DNA from: Lepidodermella squamata
Lineage: Eukaryota > Animalia > Gastrotricha
Assembly (NCBI GenBank): GCA_047495785.1
Contig: JBLDXI010000015.1
Location: forward strand, 3,596,001-3,660,000
Length of the DNA: 64,000 bases
Reading direction: 5' to 3'
Part shown: one piece after another, positions 1 through 10,433 of the stretch
Numbering within the stretch: the stretch's first letter is position 1
Layout: each line of letters begins with the position of its first letter
The notes under the pieces: generated by a model
Seen by the model: only the letters and a program-made list of their open reading frames with translations
The model's database searches: none
What the model was told of the DNA's origin: nothing
Program-made: the position numbers and the translations under genes

Positions 1-3
1 GCC

Positions 4-2250
4 TTGGGCGACGATAAAGTCCGCGATCATGACCATCTTACAGGCCGTTTCAGGGGAGCTGCTCATAATGCCTGCAATCTGAATTTGAATCTCAAGCATT
101 CTTTCATCCCGGTTGTTTTTCATAACCTGAGTGGGTACGATTCGCACTTGATAATGCAGGCAGCCGGAAAAGTAGTGAACGAAATCAATGGAGAAAAGAT
201 TGCAAATTTCAAAAAAGAAGACAAAAAGAAAAGACCAAACCTGTTGACGATTGACGTCATAGCTAATTCCTCGGAAAAGTATTTAAGTTTTAGTATAGGC
301 AAACTTCGATTTATCGATTCGTTTCAGTTTATGAGTGAAAGCCTGGACCAAATAGTCAGTAATCTGAAAAAATCGGGAAAGAGATTCGCTCATTTTGATG
401 AACAGCTTTCCAAGTTCACAACTGAACAAAGATCCCTGCTGCTTCGTAAGGGAGTGTATCCGTACGATTATATAGATAGCCTCGACAAACTGAATGAAAC
501 TCAGCTACCGAATAAGTCACATTTCTCAAACAGACTAAATTCTTGTTCGCTTGATGATAACAAAATCGAAATAACTTCTATATCTGACGAGGATTATGAA
601 CACGCACAAGCCGTTTGGTCAAAACTGAATTGCAAAACTCTGAAAGACTACCACGACCTGTATTTGAAAACAGATGTTCTCTTGTTAGCAGATTGTTTTG
701 ACAGTTTTCGAGACACCTGCATAAGCTATTACGATCTGGACCCGGCGCATTATTTAGGTGCACCTGGGTTAAGTTGGGACGCGATGTTGAAATACACACG
801 TGTTGAACTGGATCTCTTTGATAATAAGGAGATGCTTGAATTCGTTGAAAAAGGCATAAGAGGCGGTATAGCTGTTATTCCTGGGAGGTACGCGAAGGCT
901 AACAACGAAGGTATGACAGACTATGACGCAAATGCTCCGAAATCGTTTATAATGTATTGGGACGCCAACGCGCTTTATTCTTTCGCGATGACCCAGTGGT
1001 TACCGCAGAAAGACTTCGAATGGATTGGTCCTGAAACAATCACCAAAGATTTCGTGAAGTCAATTGGGGCCAAAGACGAATTCGGGTACATGCTGGAGGT
1101 TGATATCGACTATCCTGCAAGGCTTCATGACTCACATAATGACTATCCGTTTTGTCCAGAGCATATTCTTTGCGAACCGAGCCCTCACATGCAAGATCTG
1201 CATAAGCAATTAGGACTTAACAGGCCGGCGAAGGTGAAAAAGCTAACACAAAATCTGAACGACAAGAAACATTACGTCATGCACTATCGCGCGCTACAGC
1301 AAGCTCTTGATAATGGTTTAGTTCTGAAAAAGGTGCACCGAGCTTTGAAGTTCAAACAGAGCAATTGGGCCGAGCCCTATATCGCATTCAATACTCGAAA
1401 GCGAAAAGAGGCTAGCAATGAATTCGAGAAGGGGTTTTTCAAACTGATGAATAACGTCATTTTCGGTAAAACTTGTGAGAACGTACGGAATCGCATTGAC
1501 TTAAAACTGGTTACTTGCCCTAAGAAGCTTCAGAAACTCGTAAACAAACCAACATTCAAGGACGCTAAGAAGATAAGTGACGAGCTGTTCAGCGTGGAAA
1601 TGGCAAAAACTGAGATATTTTATGATCGACCAATTATCGTTGGAGCAGCCATTTTGGATTTGTCCAAGGTGCATATGTACGACTTCCACTACAATGTCAT
1701 CAAACGAAAGTACGGCGACAAAGCTAAGCTTCTTTTCACAGACACAGATTCTTTGTGCTACCATATCACAACTGAAGACGTTTACACAGACATGAAACCT
1801 ATCGAAAACCTATTCGATTTCTCTGATTATCCTAAAGATCACTTCCTATTCTCAACTGTCAACTGTAAAACTAACGGCGTATTTAAAGACGAAGCAAAGG
1901 GACGTGTAATACGAGAATTCGCCGGAGCACGATCCAAGGTCTATGCAATTTTGTACTCAGAAAAAGATGAAATAAAAAAGGCGAAGGGAGTTAAGCGGCA
2001 TGGTGTGAAGTCGAAGCTGACATTCGACCATTACAGGGATTGCGTGAAGAACAAAAAAGTAGTCAATATAAATTTCAATCAGATTCGATCATTCTCCCAT
2101 AATTTAGTTACGATGCAGAGTTCCAAGGTTGCCCTGTGTCCCTATGATGATAAGCGATGGGTCAGTGACGATGGCATTAACACTTTCGCGCACGGCCATT
2201 TCATGATTGATTTCATGCAGCTGATGAGAAGTAGCGATTCCCTCTTTTAG
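4..2250 (+). CDS. Protein-primed family B DNA polymerase (Polinton type) with N-terminal endonuclease VII-like motif; 5'-truncated
   Basis: Motifs: DHDHLTGRFRGAAHNACN (EndoVII/HNH-like), FHNLSGYDSH (ExoII), KGVYPYDY, YLKTDVLLLAD (ExoIII), YWDANALY (A), KLMNNVIFGK (B), FTDTDS (C). The frame is open to position 1. Confidence 0.95.
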   Translation: MGDDKVRDHDHLTGRFRGAAHNACNLNLNLKHSFIPVVFHNLSGYDSHLIMQAAGKVVNEINGEKIANFKKEDKKKRPNLLTIDVIANSSEKYLSFSIGKLRFIDSFQFMSESLDQIVSNLKKSGKRFAHFDEQLSKFTTEQRSLLLRKGVYPYDYIDSLDKLNETQLPNKSHFSNRLNSCSLDDNKIEITSISDEDYEHAQAVWSKLNCKTLKDYHDLYLKTDVLLLADCFDSFRDTCISYYDLDPAHYLGAPGLSWDAMLKYTRVELDLFDNKEMLEFVEKGIRGGIAVIPGRYAKANNEGMTDYDANAPKSFIMYWDANALYSFAMTQWLPQKDFEWIGPETITKDFVKSIGAKDEFGYMLEVDIDYPARLHDSHNDYPFCPEHILCEPSPHMQDLHKQLGLNRPAKVKKLTQNLNDKKHYVMHYRALQQALDNGLVLKKVHRALKFKQSNWAEPYIAFNTRKRKEASNEFEKGFFKLMNNVIFGKTCENVRNRIDLKLVTCPKKLQKLVNKPTFKDAKKISDELFSVEMAKTEIFYDRPIIVGAAILDLSKVHMYDFHYNVIKRKYGDKAKLLFTDTDSLCYHITTEDVYTDMKPIENLFDFSDYPKDHFLFSTVNCKTNGVFKDEAKGRVIREFAGARSKVYAILYSEKDEIKKAKGVKRHGVKSKLTFDHYRDCVKNKKVVNINFNQIRSFSHNLVTMQSSKVALCPYDDKRWVSDDGINTFAHGHFMIDFMQLMRSSDSLF

Positions 2251-2283
2251 TTAAAGCAGTGAGATTAATAATAGTAGGTAAAA

Positions 2284-2538
2284 ATGGCGGACAGCAAACA
2301 ATTGATCAAGTACCCCGAAGCTCCTCAGGAACTTAAAAGCCTGCAGTTCTATTTATCGAAATTAGATATGTACGTGGATAATTACTACGGCTGGGTGTTC
2401 GATTTCACCGAGGAGAATAATACATTACTGAATATTATAAATGACTTTTACGGTTTGAATTCTCGTGAAGTGGGCGAACTTCTTCTTCCGGGTCAGCAGT
2501 TTGAGTCGCACGGGAATTCCTATCTTTATTTCAAGTAG
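2284..2538 (+). CDS. Small hypothetical protein (84 aa), probable element accessory gene
   Basis: ATG in an AAAATGG context 33 bp after the PolB stop, same strand; no recognisable domain. Confidence 0.45.
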   Translation: MADSKQLIKYPEAPQELKSLQFYLSKLDMYVDNYYGWVFDFTEENNTLLNIINDFYGLNSREVGELLLPGQQFESHGNSYLYFK

Positions 2539-2626
2539 TAAAAACAATGAGCTGTCACTTTATTCTTGTTCATACCTCGAGTTACTGATAATTAATAATT
2601 ACACTGACATAAAAAACAGAAAACAA

Positions 2627-3093
2627 CAGTCTCTTAGAAGAGACGGAATTAATCATTTATTCAAAAACAACAGTCTCTTACAAGAGACGGGAATGAATCA
2701 TCCATAGAAAAAAATCAGTCTCTTACAAGAGACGGGAATGAATCATCCATAGAAAAAAATCAGTCTCTTACAAGAGACGGGAATGAATCATCCATAGAAA
2801 AAAATCAGTCTCTTACAAGAGACGGGAATGAATCATCCATAGAAAAAAATCAGTCTCTTACAAGAGACGGGAATGAATCATCCATAGAAAAAAATCAGTC
2901 TCTTACAAGAGACGGGAATGAATCATCCATAGAAAAAAATCAGTCTCTTACAAGAGACGGGAATGAATCATCCATAGAAAAAAATCAGTCTCTTACAAGA
3001 GACGGGAATGAATCATCCATAGAAAAAAATCAGTCTCTTACAAGAGACGGGAATGAATCATCCATAGAAAAAAATCAGTCTCTTACAAGAGAC
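2627..3093. repeat. 45-bp tandem array with an internal palindrome
   Basis: Unit CAGTCTCTTACAAGAGACGGGAATGAATCATCCATAGAAAAAAAT starts at 2671, 2716, 2761 ... 3031 (9 identical copies), with a partial copy at 3076-3093 and a diverged copy at ~2627. GTCTCTT-AC-AAGAGAC is an inverted repeat. Confidence 0.95.
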
Positions 3094-3261
3094 CATGATT
3101 CATTGGGCGACAAGAAAAATCAGAATGTTGAACTCTCTATATATTTAAATCTCTAAGCAAATGAGCAAAAAAATACATAAATATATTTTAGAAAACCAAA
3201 TCAATCTAAAAATGCAGCCAGAACTATACTTTTATTTGGTGACAGAAAAATAATGTTGCTC

Positions 3262-4225
3262 TCACCGCCAGGTTTCACCCCATGCTGGTTCTTTTTGGCA
3301 AATAATTTTTACACGGTCGGCCAACTCCAGCATTTTCGTGATGGAGAGGCGACATGTCATCAACCGGGGGTAATGTTCGTAGCTTTCAAAAAGCTTCATA
3401 AGCTTATAAATCCACCCCTTGCTCAATTTGAAGCGATCAGTAACCCAATCAGCAAAGTTTTTACCCAGCACATGGGTCATTTGCTGATGAAAATATTTAT
3501 TTCTTCCAAAACTCAAACACCTTCCCAGCAAAAACGCTGTTTTTCGTTAAATCAAGTAAGTTGAATAAAAATAAAAATAATAATAAAGAAATTACCGTGT
3601 TGCAGTTTCTGGCCTTTGACGTTGGAAAACGCCTTCACATTCGAAGAAATGTGCACTGCCACCTCGTCCAGCGTCGACTCGGCAGTCAGCTGGACGTGAG
3701 CCACCTGCGGAGCTTCTTGCTGCCGACTTGCATCTAGAAAATCCCTCAGCCCGCGGTCGGAGGACAAACAAAACGTATTTCCCCCAATAAACTGAAAAAT
3801 AGAGAATTATTAAGAACATGGAGATGAATCTGATTTTATCTAACGCTATCTTCCATTTTTCGCTTCTTAGGCTTCGCGGCAATCTCAACTTCTTCAACTT
3901 CTTCCTCGCCTTCTTCTTCATTGTTCCCATCATCAACGATGACTTCGGCTTGTGCCTCCATGACTACAGGCAAATTTTCCAGGGTCAAAACCGGCAGAGC
4001 TGGTAGGCTTCCTTCGGCAAAGTTGGCTAACGCTTGGAGTTGAGCGCCGGTGAAAAATTGCCGCATGTCTGCGCTGTTGCTGACTGAAATGTGGATCTCA
4101 CGACAAAGCCGGATAACCTCGTCCATTCGATTGACCCAAAGTTGCGCCTGTTCATTAAAGGTTGCAATTCTAACATTCGCCTCTTGGCGCCCAAGCTCGG
4201 CAAGATCCAAAATCAAAGTATTCAT
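3262..4225 (-). CDS. Three-exon hypothetical protein (283 aa) with an acidic/basic linker and a C-terminal HTH-like (DUF3102-like) region
   Basis: Exons 4225-3845, 3791-3596 and 3536-3262 join three track ORFs in frame via GT-AG introns. NLS-like KPKKRK; C-terminal FADWVTDRFKLSKGWIYKLMKL..YPRL. The domain call is by eye. Confidence 0.7.
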
Positions 4226-4352
4226 CTAAAAAATCATCAGAAATTAAATTGTATAAAATTTGAGAAAAATGAATGTGTTGAGAAAGTAATTATATAATGG
4301 CCAGATATTTCCTCCTTTTATGGCTGGAACCAAGCAGCCGGTCAAAGTACGT

Positions 4353-4823
4353 GCTAAAAATATATCATGATGACGTTGTTTACGACTATTTTTTATACGA
4401 CTCCTAGCGATTTTCGTGTAAAAAGAGACTCGAACTGCTTTCGGACAAAAATTTCCCCATCATGACAGCGATTCAATGACTGGTAGTCACAATTCGCGCT
4501 AAAAATATATCTTGATGGCGTCTTTAGTCGTTTATATGCATATTTGTGCAACAGGCCGGCCACTAGCCATTTTTTCAGAGTCAAAAATACTCGGCCTGCT
4601 ATTCTAAAAAAAGAATTCGATGGAGCATTTTTTGTTGTTTGCGGAAAATCCAAACAGTGATTTTATAGCTTAATATAAAAGTCGAAGAAAATACGCTATA
4701 ATTAGAAGTTGATGGCGTCTTTGTTAGTTGTTTACGTGAAAATTGCAGAAGACCGACCAATAGCCATTTTTTTCTACTCGGCCTGCTATTCTAAAAATAG
4801 AATTCGATGGAGCATTTTTTGTT
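4353..4823. repeat. Degenerate direct repeats, candidate terminal repeat region of the Polinton
   Basis: 49-bp block TACTCGGCCTGCTATTCTAAAAA(A/T)AGAATTCGATGGAGCATTTTTTGTT at 4588 and 4775; GCTAAAAATATATC.TGATG at 4353 and 4498; TTGATGGCGTCTTT at ~4512 and 4709. Confidence 0.75.
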
Positions 4824-5022
4824 TAGTCCAGCCTCAAGTGCTACACGCCATCATTATCTATATTTGGCTTTTTGCTCACTAATATTTTATGCGGCCGCAG
4901 CTGCAAAATCGATATCACCAACGGCAACTGGCAATGCCTTGGAAGACTGTTGCTTAGCAACGATGCATCAAGCCACAGCATTATGCCATCTGTCTATTAT
5001 CAGTCTACGTTCAGCTGCAAAA

Positions 5023-5500
5023 ATGCTGTTATTTCTTATTCTAACTCATATGCCCATCATTCATGCTTTGAACTGCTATCAGGGTTTCCAAAACTTCAAG
5101 GGAAGCTACTACTCAGCATTGACAGGAACGCAGCAGGCAGGGATAGGATCATCCACCGGCTGCATTCAATGTGTGGTATGTATGGCTGCATCATGCTTGA
5201 AATGTTTCATCTTCACTTTATTAGAAAGTGGCCTATTCGTTTGAAGGAGGCAACGCAGGCTTCGTTCAATACACTTGCGTTGACAAGAACAGTCCGCCTT
5301 GCTCTTCGGGAGTCAGCTATCTAAATATGACAATGAATGGTTCCGGAACTTATTGCCAGTGTTGTGCGGACTTTTGCAACTCGGAGAATTTCGATTGCGG
5401 CCCTAGCTGGGCAAGCAAAAAGAACGACGGCCCTCGTAGCGGTGTGATCAAGCCTGCGCTATCACTCTGTTTGACCCTTCTTTACATTGCAATAAAATAA
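5023..5500 (+). CDS. Ly6/uPAR (three-finger, quiver-like) protein, probably GPI-anchored
   Basis: Signal-like MLLFLILTHMPIIHA then LNCYQ; intron 5176-5224; CQCCADFCN motif; hydrophobic C-terminus. Confidence 0.8.
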
Positions 5501-6251
5501 GATGTATGAATCTGTCGTTCCACTTTCGGTTCAAGAGCAATATCGCTTTGAGAGAACTTTTGCTTTAGCAGAATTTTTCGCTTAAAGAGAAAAATTGATC
5601 TAAACGCCGCCATTTCGAGACAGATCACAGGATCATCATCAGAGCGGGCAGATTCAACCCCAAAAATAATCCGTTTGGGCGGAGGGCTTGGGTCCTTGTC
5701 CGCCCATTTACGCTGTGCCACTTGAATTTCAATTTAATTTAATTCGAGTTATCAGGTCATCTATATTCAGCTTAGTTGGAGTTCTAAGTTTCTGGGCAGG
5801 CCATCGGGCTAGTAGCGGTATTTCTTACTACTTCTATATACATCGAAAGAGTGTCAAAGAGCTTTATTTACGAGTTTCAGCAGCAAACGAGCTGCGATTT
5901 CACTGTGTGAAATGTTTATTTATTCCTTAACATGCCGGCATACCGGTAACGCAAAATCCAGTTACGTGCATGAATTGTCTGCGGGCACGTTTTTTAGACA
6001 TGTTACCTAGTTATATTGACTTTTTTATGATATTGAGACAAAGCCGTGAAAAAGAAAGGTTAGTGTAATGAGGTTTCCGTCGTTACTGTCTGCCACGCTG
6101 AATAGCTGTGAGAAAGCATCATTTATAAGCCCCAGCCCTAAAAATATATACAAGTATACATATCAGAATTTGCGGTGAAACTTACTTCTTAAAGTTATTC
6201 GTCTTCTTCGATATCAACTCGAGTGTAAATAAACTCAGCAACCAAAACAGC

Positions 6252-7636
6252 ATGCATTCGGGAAGCTCATGTTTGAAGTCAAATTCTTTGGCAAAAGGGA
6301 TGACACCGGCAATAGAGCTCTTTCAACTGAATGAAATATGCAAGCAGGATACGCACGAGAAGAAAGTCAACTTGACAGTCGGAATGTACTTTGACGAAGA
6401 ATCCAAGTTAGCTGAAATGCCTGTTGTTCAAAATCTCCTATGCACGCATTCCATTGAGGATCTGATGATGAGGAATCAATACCTTCCATTAAATGGTCTG
6501 GAATCCTTTAATACAGCAGCTGCTGAGCTATTATTGGGAGAAAGCTGCAGAGCTCTAAAACAAGATCGGACTTCTACCATTCAAACCATTGGCGGGACAG
6601 GTGCCGTTCGATTGGGCGCTGAGTTTTTGAAGCGTCATCGAGGGAAGTCAATGGCACTGATCCCAAGCCCCACTTGGGTCAACCATCAGCCGATTTTTCA
6701 AAATGCGGGTTTCGTAACAGAGGATATAAGCTTTTTGAGCAATGACATGAAGTTTTTCAATTTATCTGCGTTCCTCTCAGCGCTGGAAAAAGCTCCTGAG
6801 GTATGCTTTATCTGCTGCTTTGTTAATATTTAATACCAAGGCTTAATTCATGTTTTACGATTCAGGGTGCTGTAGTAGTTCTTCAAGGATGCGCTAATAA
6901 TCCAACCGGTGCTGATCCGTCAGAACAAGATTGGTTTGCGATCAGTGAGGTAATGAAAAAAAAGAATCTGTTCCCTTTTTTCGACCTGGCCTATCTGGGT
7001 TTCGCATCTGGCGATCCAAACATTGATGCCTACGCCGTGCGCTTATTTGCTGAACGCGGCTTTGAAGTCATTGCTGCACAGTCATTTTCAAAGAACTTTT
7101 GCCTCTATGGTGCAAGGATCGGAGCGCTGACGCATATCTTCCACAATCCGGAAGAATCCAGTTTGAACAAGTCCTATTTGAGTCAAATTGCTGCGACTTT
7201 GTGGGCCAACCCAGTGAACTTTGGTGCAATGGTCGTTTCCACTATCTTAAAAAATAAGGAGATGAAGAAGGAGTGGTAAGAACATAACAATGGTTTTAAA
7301 ATTCATATGTTCGTTCTTTTATGTTTTTTTATTAGGCTTCAAAACTTGATGACGATGAGTAACCGATTAAAATCTTTGAGGGAGAACTTGTGCCGTCAAC
7401 TAACAAAACTTGGAACACCAGGAACATGGTCACACTTGATGCAACAAAAAGGAATGTTTTCGTATACAGGGATGTCCAGAGAACAAGCTGATCGATTGCG
7501 ATGCGAGTTCCACGTCTACATTCTGAGAAATGGCCGTATCAACATCAGTGGTCTGAATGAAAAAAATATTGAATATGTGGCAAAAGCGTTTCATCATGTA
7601 TCAGTGGGATCGCCCTCTTTAACGCATACCTTATGA
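6252..7636 (+). CDS. Aspartate aminotransferase family (GOT1-like), divergent paralog
   Basis: Exons 6252-6800, 6866-7275, 7336-7636; GGTGA, PTW..H, NNPTG, FFDLAY.GFASG, SFSKNFCLYGARIG (PLP lysine), GRINI. Confidence 0.92.
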
Positions 7637-8081
7637 CTCAATATCGATGTCGATCCATACCAAATTGTGCAATATATTTCAGCTTCCCTAGCTCCTATAC
7701 CTACTTACTTCCGATTTCAAGGGTGCTTATCTAGCGCCTAGCGCGTAAATTACTAGCATTTCATGATTTCAGTTACAGTAGACTCATCGCATCATTATAT
7801 ACATATGTACTTGTGATGCTCGTGCTTTTTAAATATTTATTTGACGTGACAACATCTTTTTTGTTAGGGTTTTCAAAGTGCTATAAATTGTGCAACGCTT
7901 ATTGTTATATTATAGTTACTCCTAGATAAAATGGAGGGTGTGTAATACTAATTTTCTGAATAAAATTGTTAATGGTATTTGCTGCAAGACAAGTTGTACG
8001 AGGATCACGTTAGCCCAACTCAAGTAATTCAACTGTTATAAATAGAACGATGCCCATTCATTTAGATAGCCAACTTATCAA

Positions 8082-10433
8082 TTAAGGAGCTTGATTAGGA
8101 GTCAAATCGAAATCTATCGCATCCGGGTCAACAGAAACAGCTTTCAGGAAAAACGGCACCGCTACGACGAAAAAATACGTTGAATCAGCGAAAATAATCA
8201 AGCCAAATGACCAAACAGCATTGCGCCAAACTAGATCCCGCATTGAGACAACAAGTCCAATGGTAGCAACGAAAAGAAACATGGCATTAATTGTCGCACA
8301 TTTGAGGCCGATCAACAGGTTCTTATACTTTAGCGGAGTATCTTTTCCTCTTGTAACTATTTTGAGCAGAACACTGATCAAAGTAAGCGCGTTTATAAAG
8401 CCAATCGCAAGCGACCAATATGTTTCGGTTGAACAGCCACATTGCCGCTGCAGGGTTTGAAAATAAGAGTCCAATGCGTCGTTGAATTGTTCATTGCTCT
8501 CAGTTTGTATGCTGTCTGGCCTGTCGACTGCCATCCAGATGAACGTAATTAGCATTGCAGCGATCAAGGGAACGACGCCAAAAAGCAAAAGCTTCGATTT
8601 CGGAATTAATTTGTGGGATTTTGAATCTTTTTGTGCAGACAAAACTCTCGAAACGGGTTTTTTTGAATTAATCATTGTATCGCTTTTGCCTGATCGCTTT
8701 GAAGTCGCTGAATTCCACCGACTCATCTTAGCGGTTTTTATCGCAACGCTCAGATCGATAAAGCTTAGAAGTCTCGCCGTCACGAGCAACAGTGAAAATG
8801 CCATGAATATCAATCCAAATGAGACAAAAATGACTCTAAAAGGGCAGACCACGTTAGAGCTTTGAATTTGAAACAGTATTGCAGCGATATTTAACAACAG
8901 CGAACCTAGGTACATAATTCCAGAAGATACCTTCACTAATTTTCCAGTAGGCGCGTCATAAGTCTGTTTCTTCTTAACCAGAAATGCAAATAGAGTCCCA
9001 GCTGATATGAAGAAAATGAGCGCAAGGGTTAATGTAGTTCCAAAGATGGAGTCAACATTTTCTACACCCGGTATTCGGATTATCTCGGATAAATCTTTCG
9101 GCGGCTTGCCACTTTTGGTAACCCAGACTAGAGGTTTTATCATAACAGATTTGTGCTTTGAAAGATCCGTTATTCCCCCTGCATCTTTGAACGGGTACCA
9201 AAGCATGTAAACGTTGGTAGGCGTATTGTTGATCCACTGTGTGAGATAAACGACTTTGTTGTCTCGTTCAATGCGATCCGAATAATCCATATTATCAAAA
9301 AGGGACGTCATAGCGGTGGTTGCGGTGCTCTGGTTTGTGACTTTCATGATGAGCTCAGCATTTTCGCCGAAATCTGCAAGGGTTAAGGAAGATTGATTTC
9401 GGAGTATTCGGTCAGCTTTATCAAGGGATAGCAAAGCATGGGCCATGGCGTCGTGGCAATTGAATCTCACAGAATATTCCTGACTTCGGTCCCCTCCAGT
9501 TATGGCATCAAGTCTTCTCTCGAATTCAGCTACGTCGTAACCCAATGAAGTCACCTTGGACGTATTTGTCGATTCGCTGTTCTCGCCAATTCGAAAAACG
9601 ATCTTCATCTGCTGAAACAATGCATCACGCGAACAACCTGGAGGAAGATCTACTCTCGACACGTCGATAATCGGGGATATTAAAAGAAAAATAAACTGAG
9701 GTCCTTTAATTCCTGCTCGAAAGGCCTCGCATAGAAATTGGACCATAGAAGTTGAATCTTGTAAGGAGGCGATGATAACTCGTGTTCGTGATTGCCTTAG
9801 CGATAACATAAATTCAAGGTTGAAATCGGTCACACCTCCGTAAAACAGGATATCGATGCCAGCTTTTCTCGCGACTATTGGCATATTAGGTCCAAATGCG
9901 GCAGCTCTCGCCGAGAAGACCAGCCCTATTTGGCGCCAGCCTCCAATAAATTTGGCGAAATAGAGCAACTCAATTTCCATGAGATCTCCTGGTCTAGCAA
10001 TTCGATAAAGGTTAGGGTATAGTTTTCGGTTCGCTGTAAAAACAGGCCCGGCGCATCTGGTGGTCACTTGCACGAAATTCAAACGTCTGGCAACCGGAGC
10101 TATATATTGACACGCATTCATTGGCCCGACTATAATAGGGGCACGGTCGATCGATGTATCATCAGCGAAACTGACCAAGTTACTGATGCCGTTAGCTGCC
10201 TGAAACCCTTCATCATGATATCGAGCTATTATGTAGTAATTCGGAAGCATGGTGTCTTTAGCATTCATGGCGTCGATAGCAACTTGCATCGCCGCAGAAC
10301 ATACCGTACCGTTAAATGGACTTGCTCCAGTGATAGGAACCAAAGCTAAGAGTGTTAAGTTTTGTTTTATGATCCCATCACTTCGACTCGATGAGGCCAC
10401 AAGGATAAGAGCAATCAAATATTTATAAAACAT
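8082..10433 (-). CDS. Class C GPCR with GABA-B-like architecture (Venus flytrap + 7TM, no Cys-rich domain), intronless orphan
   Basis: Signal peptide; AMQVAIDAMN..MLPNY and YPNLYR VFT motifs, GWRQIGLV, FLCEAF..GI.GP; WVTKSGKPPKD linker; seven hydrophobic segments. Confidence 0.88.
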   Translation of the reverse strand: MFYKYLIALILVASSSRSDGIIKQNLTLLALVPITGASPFNGTVCSAAMQVAIDAMNAKDTMLPNYYIIARYHDEGFQAANGISNLVSFADDTSIDRAPIIVGPMNACQYIAPVARRLNFVQVTTRCAGPVFTANRKLYPNLYRIARPGDLMEIELLYFAKFIGGWRQIGLVFSARAAAFGPNMPIVARKAGIDILFYGGVTDFNLEFMLSLRQSRTRVIIASLQDSTSMVQFLCEAFRAGIKGPQFIFLLISPIIDVSRVDLPPGCSRDALFQQMKIVFRIGENSESTNTSKVTSLGYDVAEFERRLDAITGGDRSQEYSVRFNCHDAMAHALLSLDKADRILRNQSSLTLADFGENAELIMKVTNQSTATTAMTSLFDNMDYSDRIERDNKVVYLTQWINNTPTNVYMLWYPFKDAGGITDLSKHKSVMIKPLVWVTKSGKPPKDLSEIIRIPGVENVDSIFGTTLTLALIFFISAGTLFAFLVKKKQTYDAPTGKLVKVSSGIMYLGSLLLNIAAILFQIQSSNVVCPFRVIFVSFGLIFMAFSLLLVTARLLSFIDLSVAIKTAKMSRWNSATSKRSGKSDTMINSKKPVSRVLSAQKDSKSHKLIPKSKLLLFGVVPLIAAMLITFIWMAVDRPDSIQTESNEQFNDALDSYFQTLQRQCGCSTETYWSLAIGFINALTLISVLLKIVTRGKDTPLKYKNLLIGLKCATINAMFLFVATIGLVVSMRDLVWRNAVWSFGLIIFADSTYFFVVAVPFFLKAVSVDPDAIDFDLTPNQAP

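Larger units (their letters stand above)
1..4826. mobile_element. One end of a Polinton/Maverick (adintovirus-like) element, truncated by the window edge
   Basis: Intronless protein-primed PolB, a small accessory ORF, a tandem array, a convergent gene and degenerate repeats at 4353-4823 precede the first host-like gene. The right boundary is approximate and no TSD can be verified. Confidence 0.7.

Noticed and set aside
1735-1755. FTDTDS and IFGK instead of YxDTDS and YGK as evidence of an inactive PolB
   Set aside because: The catalytic Asp residues are intact and these Phe variants are common in Polinton-type PolBs.
2671-3093. CRISPR array
   Set aside because: The sequence between palindromes is identical in every unit (no unique spacers), there are no cas genes, and the context is eukaryotic.
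4807-5022. N-terminal extension of the Ly6 ORF in the track
   Set aside because: It starts inside the repeat block; the ATG at 5023 gives a normal signal peptide.
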